Positions 24,501 to 34,362 of a stretch of 64,000 bases of DNA are shown one piece after another. Position 1 is the stretch's first letter. Each line of letters starts with the position of its first letter. Position numbers and translations under genes: made by a program. The stretch lies in assembly GCF_000143415.4 (NCBI RefSeq), contig NW_003314339.1:179751-243750 (forward strand), given 5' to 3'. The notes beneath the pieces were generated by a model. The model saw nothing but the letters and a program-made list of their open reading frames with translations. It made no database searches and was not told the origin of the DNA. Source of the stretch: Selaginella moellendorffii (taxonomy: Eukaryota > Plantae > Lycopodiophyta).

Positions 24501-25966
24501 AGGTAACTACCTAAAACTTTTTATTGGGATAAGGATTATGAAGGATAAATTGCTTATGTTGTGATATAGTAAATCAATGTTGTGAAGGGAATATTCATTA
24601 TCAAAAAAGACCATCATTGAGACACCCAAACACTCTAAAACACCAGGAAGTGGTGTTTGGTATCATGAGAGCATTAGATAAGGCTTAAGGGATTAAACCC
24701 TTAGTGAATGATGGATAGAAGGTGCTATCTAACGTCCAAGGTTGTAGAGACGGGAAAAGTCCATTTATCCGAATTGGACAAAACCAAAAAAGGATTTTGA
24801 CAAAGTTAGTGATGGGCATATAAAGGCTCATAAGTAGCAATGTTAATCCTAATGTGTGAGATTACAAGGTGGGCATACTTGGATTGAGGAACCACTCTCT
24901 ATGCTATTAAGTAGGTTCATCCCTATAAATACTTGTTAAAACATGGTAGAAAGTGCAAAACTATCTTCTTAGTTTGGAGAAGAATAACTAAAGGAAATAT
25001 GTGAGGCTAAAAGCAAATAGTAAATGGATAAAATCAAACCATAGGAATTGAAGGGCATAATTAAGGGTGGTTATACAAATTAAGAATGAAAAATCAAGTG
25101 GGTGCTCGAGCATATTGTTATTAACAATTATGATGTTATGGAGAGTCTAAAGTATGGAATTATCTATATTAGACCATATAACAATTAGAAAGCTTGTGAA
25201 AGAAGAGGCTTTAGCAAGCTAAGGGATAGAGTTCTTTCAAGGTTCCCAAAGACAATTCTAGGTAGTTTATTATGTAAGAAGTCAAGTGTAAATGGTTTAT
25301 AGAATGCACAAAATTAGAGTGGTGCAGTAGAAGCGTGGTTTTGAAGCTTGCTATAATGCAAAGCTATCAAGATTGGGGAAGTAGTTCCTAAGTGATTAAA
25401 GGGATGGTTTTGAACAAAAATCGATGATCAAAAACATTTACGCTTATGCATGAAACCATATTACGTTGGTCAAATGATTTGCTAAATGAGATTGGCAAGT
25501 TAGGCCCCTAGTTGAAGGTGCTAATTTCAAAAAAGGGTGGCCCATGGGGCTAAGCATGATCACAGACTTGTCAAGTGAAAGGACTTGGTAGTGTGGAGGA
25601 ATTAGGTTCCTAAGCTATAATCTGTAGCGTACTTTAAGTATAAATTAATGCATCAACGTGGGGAGTCATGCTAGACATTTTGGGTGATGCTATTTGTAGA
25701 TGCATATATGGAGGTTGGGTTCGACTCCTGACCCTCTAGTGCTTGGGTTCAAGTCCCAACTCACTAGGGCGCAGTGATGGTTTGGAATATGAAGACACTT
25801 ATTTTTCGGTGGTCATGGACTCTTAGTAAGGAAATTAGCTTGGTATACCGCCAAGCGGGGGGTGCCTCAAAGTCGTGATATACAGTTAGATTGTTTAGTA
25901 TGGCTCGACATATCTAACTTAAACACTTTGGTGCAAGTGACGTGGTGAATGAGATGGGGACACCTA
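15073..25966 (+). mobile_element. Family B non-coding LTR element (LARD-like) in tandem: LTR-internal-LTR-internal (truncated)
   Basis: LTRs 15073-17286 and ~21027-22686 (TGTGA...CTTACA). Both are followed by PBS TGGTATCGGAG (17290, 22690). PPT-like AGGTGGTGGAGT precedes 21027. Internal regions 17287-21026 and 22687-25966 are homologous and have no long ORF. Confidence 0.85.
15945..16272 (+). repeat. LTR-borne minisatellite (GAGATGGAGTCC, GAGATGGACC and GAGACC/GAGTCC units)
   Basis: Directly visible tandem units. Other arrays at 15305-15552, 21270-21700, 27140-27767, 35405-35498, 52188-52280 plus 60663-60945, and 55345-55625. Confidence 0.95.
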
Positions 25967-28455
25967 TGTAAGAGATTAATTTTTCCATTCTACTTTAGTC
26001 ACTTAACCATACCTCCGACCACTATGAGGAGTCTCCTTCACAACCTCCATAAGTCCCACTCAGGATTTGGGGCTTGCTCGCTTCGAGAATGGCATCCATG
26101 CCACTCAACCTTCGCATTTGGTCCAAGTGCTCCACATGTCTGATCCCATGATCAACACCCCAAGGCACCACTGACATATTAGCTCGTTACGCTAGGCCAT
26201 GCCCATTCACCTTGGTCACATCGATGGCCCAACACCATTTGCATTGCAATCTTGTTTCTCCAAGACTAGGCCATTTGTCCATGAGTGGTCATCCTAGATC
26301 CACTCCTTAGCATTCTTAGGATGCCCGTAGACATGGGGAATAGCCTTCCCCAATACCTCCTTTTCGGTCCTCACCAAGTCCCTTTTTGTCCATGACCGTG
26401 TTCACCAACACTGCCACTGGATCAAGGCCCACAGGCCTAACCACCAAGTCCTATGCTCCTCTAGGACTGCCTCACCGTGTGACTGTGTCCTTGGTCACCA
26501 CCCCAAAGGGCTACTCCTCTTCCTTTCTACAGACTTGGCCTTTCAGACAACATTTCGGAGCACCGTGGCCCTACTCGAGCCTCATGGTGTAATGCACCTT
26601 ATCTCTCTCCCCTTAAGCCAACTGGAAAAGAGGCAATTGTTTGATGAGAGAGCCCTTAGTGGCTATTTTATCCCCATTTATCCCCCAAGGTTCCAAGGAT
26701 CCACGGTGACAGTATATCTAAATCTCATCCCATGATCACGTGCGCTACACATGGGTACTCTCCCCGCCTTCCACCTTTGGGTGCTCTAGCTATAGGCTTA
26801 GAGTGAGGTTTTGTTGAGCCATGCCAGGTATCCAAGTAGGTAGTGCCACCCACACTTGGACTGGGAGCATCAACCATTCAATCTCCCGGGGGAACTAGAG
26901 CCGGCTCTTGAACACTTCACTAAGCTACCCCGCTTGTCAATCCGTATTCACTCTAGTCTTGGACTTCCCAGTGGTCAGCTCGTCACCCAACACCTAGGTA
27001 TAGCTTTCCTTGGCAAAACTGGCCTTTCCTGGCTCTATTGAGCTTCAACCCCCACACTCCCTACTATACTTTTGGAACCCCCCCCCCGCCCCCGAGGGGA
27101 TGATCACTTTGGGCTTTCACCGAACAACCTGTATTAGTATTCGGACTCGGACTCAGACTTGAACTCGGACTCGGACTTGGTCTCGGTCCTGGTTTCAGAC
27201 TTGGACTCGGACTTGGTCTCGGTCTTGGTCTCGATTCCATCTCGGACTCCATCTCGGGTCCATCTCAGACTCCATCTCGGACTCCATCTCGGGTCCATCT
27301 CAGACTCCATCTCGGACTCCATTTCGGGTCCATCTCGAATTTCATCTCGGGTCCATCTCGGACTCCATCTTGGACTCCATCTCGGACTCCATCTTGGGTC
27401 CATCTCGGACTCCATCTCGGACTCCATCTTGGGTCCATCTCGGACTCCATCTTGAACTCCATCTCGGGTCCATCTTGGACTGGGTCCATCTCAGGTCCAT
27501 CTTGGACTGGGTCCATCTCGGACTCCATCTCGGACTTCGTCTCGGTCTATCTCGGACTCCATCTCGGGTCCATCTCGGACTCCATCTCGGACTTCGTCTC
27601 GGTCTATCTCGGACTCCATCTCGGGTCCATCTCGGACTCCATCTCGGACTCCATCTCGGACTCCATCTCGGACTCCATCTTAGATCCATCTCGGACTCCA
27701 TCTCGGTCCACCTTAGACTCCATCTCGAACTCCATCTTGGGTCCATTTCGGACTCCATCTCAGACTCCTTCACGTGTCATGTGTTGGTATTTTTGGGTCC
27801 CTTTTTAGAGCCTCGCTTATTGCTCGCTAGCACCTTCAACTAGGGTATTTGTTCCCCCAACTTGCCAATCTCATCTAGCAAGTCATTCGGCCAATGTAAT
27901 ATGGTTCATGCATAAGCGTGAAAGTCCTTAACCATCGACTTTCATTCAAAGCCGTTTATTTGAACACTTGGGAACTACTTCCCCAACCTTGATAGCCTTG
28001 CCTCATAGACAGCTTCAAGATCATGCTTCTGCTGCGCCACTTTGATTTCGCGCGCTCTAGGAACCATTTACACTTGGCTTTCTAGGTACTTATCTACCTA
28101 GAATTTTCTTCGGGAACTTTCAAGGAACTCTGTTCTTTAGCTTGCTAAGGCTTCTCCTTTGCAAACTCCCTACTCACCATATGGTCTAACATGAATAATT
28201 CCACATTTTAGATTCTTTATGGCACCGCGGTTGCTAGTAACAACATCCTCGAGCACCCTCTTGATTCTCCACTCCCAACTTGCAAAACCACTATTAGTTA
28301 TGCCCTTTCATTTCTATAGTTCAGTTCCATCCCAATACTTCTTGCTTTTTGGCCTCATATGTTTTCTTTAGTTATTCTCCTCCAGACTAGGAGGATAGCT
28401 TTGCACCTTCTACCATGCCTTAGCAAGTATTCATAGGGATGAACTTACCCAATAA
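25967..28455 (-). mobile_element. Family B 3' LTR (partial) plus internal fragment, opposite orientation
   Basis: Begins TGTAAGAGATTAATTTTTCCATTCTAC, the reverse complement of the B LTR end, with no PBS beyond it. Jumps to B internal sequence at ~27829. Confidence 0.85.
26588..26749. mobile_element. 162-bp solo LTR (TRIM-sized) nested in a B LTR
   Basis: TGTA...TACA ends, perfect 5-bp TSD CATGG (26583-87 and 26750-54); absent from the other B LTR copies. Confidence 0.9.
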
Positions 28456-29379
28456 CTTAGTACATTTTCCTAATCTTAAAGTATTGTTTGCAGGTGGGCT
28501 GCTGATAGCCACCCATGTTAGCACAAAGATGGTCCTTGCTTATGAAAGAGACCATATTAAATATTTCAGCAAGTTAGGCTATAAATTTTTTCATAACATT
28601 CAACAAGTAAAAGTTGCACTACCTATGTATCTCCTCTTGAATACTGCCACATCAACTAAAGAACCATAATTGCCTTACATGCTTTTGAGATGAAGGGATG
28701 ATTGATGTGAGGTTTAAATGTATGCCTATGATGTTATGTACTATTTTGGATTCAATTCAAACCTCTTACTATAAACTAAGGTTTTAGGCTATGATATTAC
28801 CCAATTAAATATTTAGTTATATAAATAAATTTATATTAAGAACTTTAAGCACTTGCTTATATATCTTTCAGAAGTGCTCTTTAGACCAGTTTGTTTTACA
28901 CATTTCATTAATTTCTAAGATGCTCTGCAAGATGCCATGAATTTTGATCTTAAAGTTTTATAAAAGCTTCAAAGTGATGTAATAAAAGTATGAATAGCAA
29001 CAGTAGTTCAACAGTTCAATAAGAAAAGAGCTAAAGGAATTCCTTGAAGTCTTTCAGCAAGTCTAGCAGTTTAATACTTGTCTAGAGTTTAGTCATGCAA
29101 GAACTATAGAAGATTAATCAAAATGTAAATGTTGGATTTATTGGAAGAACTTTCTTTCCTTCTTTATGATTTCTTTTGTTGGAAATAAAAGCTTTACACA
29201 TATATAATTTATATATTGTTGACTTCTCTCTCATTGTCAGACCATTTGTTGCTCGTCAAAAGAATGTTGATTTTTCCCGCTGAAAGTCAAAGGAAATCTC
29301 CAAAGTTGACCACCCATAAAAGAATCTTCAAAAGAATGTTGACCTTAAATTCCTCCACTGTGCAACACGCGATGGACTT

Positions 29380-31158
29380 ATGCCGGTTCTGGGCAAGAAG
29401 ATCTTCTACCAGATGCTACGAGGCGGCGCCACCAAGACGTCGTCCCACGGTTGCGAGCTCCCACCCGATGCGCAATCCATCGCCCAGGTCCTCAAATCCT
29501 GTGCCGCCGCGCGTGACATTGCCAAGGGCAGAGACATCCATGCTCACATTCTTCGCTCCCCAGACCACTCCCAGAATCGCTACCTCGCCAATCTCCTCAT
29601 CGATCTCTACTCCAAGTGCTGGAGCCTGGGCGAGGCGAGGGCGGTGTTTGATCGTATCGAGCAGCCCAATCGATTCTCCTGGAACGTGATCGTCTCCGCT
29701 TATGCCCAGAGGGGGCATTTGTTGGAAGCCAAGGCCTTGCTGGATCGATCGCCCCAGCCGCCAAGCGTCGTCGCCTCCACCGCGGTGATGGTGGCGTTCG
29801 CGCTAAACGGGCATCTGGACGAGGCCAGATCACTGTTCGCTGCGATCGATTCGCGGGACTGCGTGTGCTGGAACGCCATGATCCAGGTGCTCGTCCTCAA
29901 TGGCGAGAATTCCTGGGCCAAAGAGGCATTCAATCGGATGCCCTGCCGCGATAGCTTCGCGTGGACGACGATCATCGCCATGTACGCACAGGCCGAGGAG
30001 CCCGATCGATCCAAGGCCATGTTTGATTCGATGGAGAGCCGGGACGTGGTGTCGTGGAACGCGATGCTCGCCGCTTACGCTCAGAATGGATTGATTGCCC
30101 AATCGGACGAGCTGCTGCTGCGATTCCCCCATTGGAACCTCGTCACCTGGAGCATCATGATCCAGGCGCTCGCCCAAGCGGGGCAAATGGATCGCGCTGA
30201 GAAGTTCTTCCAGACACTTCCCAGGAAAGATCCAATGTGCTCGACGGTCATGATCTCTGGCTATGGTATCTCTGGCGATATCCAAAGAGCCAAGAGAATC
30301 TATGATCAAACTTTCGAGCCAAACGTTGTCACCTCAACCGCGATGCTTACAGCACTTGCCGCGAATGGGTATCTAGAACAGGCGGAGCTTCTGTTTGAGT
30401 CAATCCTCGACAAAAACGTGGTGACGTGGACGGCTATGGTCGCAGCTTACGCTTTAAATGGGAGGCCGTGTGAAGCCTTTTGTGCGTTTGAAATGGCACC
30501 ACAGAAGAACGTAGTATCTTGGAATACTGTCCTTGCGGCATATGCCCAAGTTGGGTATATCCAGGAATCGAAAAAGTCTTTTGGAAAGATGCCACAGCAC
30601 AATCTGGTGTCGTGGAACTCGATTGTTACGGCATCAGTGGCGTGTGGTGATCTCCAGGAAGCACAAGACATGTTTTTCCTGATGCCACACAAGAATGTGG
30701 TGTCGTGGAATGTTTTGATCCAGGCGCATGCCCAAAGCGGGCATGGGAGTGATACGCTTGGGTTGTTTCGGATCATGGATCTCGAGGGCGTCAAGAGCAA
30801 TGACAACACTCTTGTCGGGGTCTTGTCGGCTTGCAACCACATTGGCCTGCTGAGAGCCGGCAGGGAATATTTCTTGTCCATGGACAGTGACCGGGGCATC
30901 CGTCCGACATTCCAGCACTACTGCTGCGTTGTGGACATGCTTGGCCGGTCTGGACTGGTGAAGGATGCGGAGGAGCTCCTGGAAAGAATGCCCTTCTTTG
31001 CTGGATCTGCGGCATGGAACACACTCCTCAGTGCGTGCTCCAAGGCTGAGGCGACTCCAAAGATTGTGGAGGAGGAGAGATTCTCTTTGCCACTCCTGGG
31101 GGAGGATGAGGATGCTGCAACGTTTGTGTTGCTTGCAGATGTGTGTGGAAGATATTAA
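29380..31158 (+). CDS. PLS-class pentatricopeptide repeat protein with short E-like C-terminus and no DYW; probable organellar RNA editing/processing factor
   Basis: Intronless 592-aa ORF with serial motifs (NRFSWN, DVVSWNAML, NVVTWTAMV, NLVSWN) and the terminal triplet VLSACNHIGL / HYCCVVDMLGRSG / AWNTLLSAC. Confidence 0.93.
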   Translation: MPVLGKKIFYQMLRGGATKTSSHGCELPPDAQSIAQVLKSCAAARDIAKGRDIHAHILRSPDHSQNRYLANLLIDLYSKCWSLGEARAVFDRIEQPNRFSWNVIVSAYAQRGHLLEAKALLDRSPQPPSVVASTAVMVAFALNGHLDEARSLFAAIDSRDCVCWNAMIQVLVLNGENSWAKEAFNRMPCRDSFAWTTIIAMYAQAEEPDRSKAMFDSMESRDVVSWNAMLAAYAQNGLIAQSDELLLRFPHWNLVTWSIMIQALAQAGQMDRAEKFFQTLPRKDPMCSTVMISGYGISGDIQRAKRIYDQTFEPNVVTSTAMLTALAANGYLEQAELLFESILDKNVVTWTAMVAAYALNGRPCEAFCAFEMAPQKNVVSWNTVLAAYAQVGYIQESKKSFGKMPQHNLVSWNSIVTASVACGDLQEAQDMFFLMPHKNVVSWNVLIQAHAQSGHGSDTLGLFRIMDLEGVKSNDNTLVGVLSACNHIGLLRAGREYFLSMDSDRGIRPTFQHYCCVVDMLGRSGLVKDAEELLERMPFFAGSAAWNTLLSACSKAEATPKIVEEERFSLPLLGEDEDAATFVLLADVCGRY

Positions 31159-31454
31159 CAAGGTTGCGCCATAAGATTTATGGAGCGTCCAGAGTCTAGG
31201 CTCTAAGCCATTGCAAATCAATATTCGACTTCACTAACGAACTCGAGCCTTCCGATCTTGTTCAGAGAGCAAACAATGGAGAGATTTGGGGCGATTGGGG
31301 ATCCAGTGCTTGAATTTGATGATCAATGATCTTCAGATCAAGGGTCGTGTTCAAGGCCTTGAGTCCCAGGAGCTCTCGAAGTGGCGTTACACAGGATGTA
31401 AACCCGCACCCGCATCAAAACTTCGCACAAAACTTGGGTCTGTTTAAGAATTAA

Positions 31455-31473
31455 GCGGGGATAGCTCAGTTGG
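31455..31473 (+). pseudogene. 5' fragment of a tRNA-Phe-like sequence
   Basis: GCGGGGATAGCTCAGTTGG matches the 5' end of plant cytosolic tRNA-Phe as I recall it; no anticodon arm or acceptor 3' strand follows. Confidence 0.45.
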
Positions 31474-32159
31474 ACTACGCTCACTGCACCTGAGTTTCGA
31501 CTGGCGATGGTACCAACGGAGAAATGTGTTGCTCTAATCCAGGTTTGTGGCCCATCGACTCAAAGTTTTGCTCCGGTTGCCGCAGCAACCAACGAACTTC
31601 TTTTTCCCGGTCGAGCTTTGTTTGCTCCCAGCTACAGCATCTCTAATGGCTAACTCAAAGTCTCGGTATTTACTACGAGACTTATGGCGCCCAGCCGTCT
31701 GTCAGTGGTGATCGATCTTCTCTTTGGAAACTAGAAATACCAAGTGTGGATTTTCAAGGCACGCAAGCATCACATGCAGTGCTGTTTGATCATAGAGGCT
31801 ATGCCACACCGAAAGGCTGCCTCCAAGAAAACACGACTTAGGACCTTTTAGAGAAGTTTCAGAAGCATTTTGTTTTGAAAGTTTATCTCACTCTCCAAAA
31901 TCCAATTTTCTTAAATCATTTATTATTGCTAAGAACAAGCATCAACCTTAAAGGCTGATGAGTCTCAAGCTATGGCCAGCCAGCTCTGGTTCTGGCCCCA
32001 GCCGCCCTGGTTGTGTTGTGGCTAACCCTTGCTTGGCTGTAGCCCCAGTCTGTGCCACCATGGCTAACTCTGGCTTGGTTGTGGTTGTGCCTAAGTAGGG
32101 GCAAGAAGGTTTTGGTTGCTTAAAAATGCATAGAAAACTAGCCAATAACATGTTTGGTG

Positions 32160-32690
32160 GGATGGAGTTCCATGATCGTCTCTTGGAATGCAATGATTGC
32201 TGCATATGTGGAAGATCCCGGGCTATGTTTGATTGCATCCAGAGTGCCAGGCCGTCTCAATGATTGCATGCCAGGGGCAAATCGAAGCAGTGTCCTTCGA
32301 AAAAATGCTGGCCAAGAATCTCGTGCTGTGGGCGTGCTACCCCCAGAATGACAGGACGTTATCAGTTCCCCTTCATTAATGCAGTGGCACGTACTAGTGA
32401 ATGCCCACAGCCGGGATTTTGCCACTGCAAAAGAGATCTGTGATTCCATGCTGGATCAAGCTTACGGCCACAAAGGCTTTGTTGCCCTTGAGCAGAACAT
32501 CTTCGATGGAGAAGAATCCAGTCTCATGGAGACTGATGCTCCTTGCATTTGTGAAAATGGGCATTTTAATGAGGTTCTTTCACGAGATCCCATGCAAGAC
32601 CATTGTCTACTGGACAGTTCTCATGCAACTTTATGTTAACTTGGGTGATCTCGGCAGCCCCCAGGAGCATGTATGAGAGCATAGTTTGGT
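32160..32690 (+). pseudogene. Degraded PPR gene
   Basis: IVSWNAMIAAY, DFATAKEICDSM and KTIVYWTVLMQLYVNLGDL in shifting frames. Confidence 0.7.
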
Positions 32691-34362
32691 GGGTTGATTG
32701 TCAAAATGGGCATTATGATTGAGTGTGGATCACTCTTGAGCTCATAAGTTGAAGAGTTGAACTCATAAGTTGAACTCAATTTTCAATTATGATTTAATAC
32801 AAATATTATAAACTTTAAAATATTAAGGTTATGGTGAACTTAATAATTTCATAACTCTCTACACATTAAAATGTTCTAAAGAACAATTTTTTTTCTAAAA
32901 AATTTAAATATTAATTATATGCTATAATAGAGATGTTTGTTAAAACATAAAATAAAATGTTCGCACAAAAAGTATTTTTATCACTTCCTTAAATTTGTAC
33001 TCTATGCTTTCTAGCTAGTAAATATCAGGTTTGTCAGAATTTAAAAATTATTAAATTTAAAATAAGATTCTATATAAGGCCATATAACCATTTGAAATGA
33101 AAAAACACAATTGTTTAAGTAAGTTTGTTACATATAAAAGAGAGAATTGGTTCTTCTTTAGAATATATTTTTGGGTGTTTGTCATAGTATAATGTCTAGA
33201 ATTTATGGATATTCACTCACACTTTTATTCAAAAAAAGGGAAATACACACAAATATCTATGAGTAATATTGGTAATTTTAAGGTTTGTAATCTTCCTTCT
33301 AATGTAGTAATTCAAGGGCTAGAAGTTGCAATAGTAGTCCCATTGCACAACACAACTAAACTATATAAGAAAAAAAAAAAGGAGGATAGTGAAAATAATA
33401 ATCACGAGTTGGAGATAAATGCAATAACAGAGGGTGCAATAACTTGGGTGAAAAAGCATGCTCTCTTATTTGTTTTAGAAAATTGTAATTTCATGACTTT
33501 CAAGAAATGTTCTATATGTTTTTTGGCCTCCAGTGAAAATAATGGTGATGATTAGTATAATGGTATATATGTTCTTATAACACACTATAACATCACACAC
33601 CCAGAAGATTACAGAAATGGAGACACACTAGTACTATAGATAGTATGCAAAAAGAACACTTGTAAGTATATGAAATAAAAAGTGAAATGAAAGAATAGTA
33701 ATTATATAAAGTATAATAAGTTTATATTATTGATAGGGTTTCCAATCTCATCTGGCCATTCTTCAAGTATTACATTAGGTTTAGTCACTATATTGTCTTC
33801 AAGTTGTTTCATATAGTTGGCATTAATGTTGTAGCAATATAACTAATATCATCTTGAAATTCTTGTTTGCTTTTGTTCCCTATGGAAATATAGGGTTAGA
33901 ATAGAAGCAAAATTGTCATCATAGTTCTAGGCTCAACACTTGCCCCTCGAAAACATCCCCACACACTTTATATTGAATTTTGCTATTATTTAGTGGATTA
34001 CCTATTACTTCAGCTTCATGCTATGGTAAGCGATTTCAACCTGTTGTGATGTACTTCTTTATCAGCCACTTGCAGTGGCTTAGTCTAAAGCTGGCATCTT
34101 GGAGTAGAATGGTACTCAACATTAGGCCTATGAGAGCTTTTCGCTTTAAAGTCCATATCAATTTCTTCATCAACAAAGAAAAAATGATGTTTGAGCGGAC
34201 AGTTTTCATGTCACTAATAGAAGCCTAAAGAGTATATTCCATAGATGTGCTGTGAACCACTCCCTCCATTGCAACTATTCTTGTTCATGCTAGTGGAGTC
34301 ACTTTTTTCTTCATCCAATCGTGTAACATTTTAATTGAAGGTCCTGTTCCTATGTATCTTCC

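Noticed and set aside
29416-31221. Antisense ORFs over the PPR gene, and similar shadows over the LINE
   Set aside because: Expected by-products of GC-rich coding sequence.
32700-34362. AT-rich region with short ORFs (33205..33555, 33980..34228)
   Set aside because: No recognisable domain; a DNA transposon relic is possible but unsupported.
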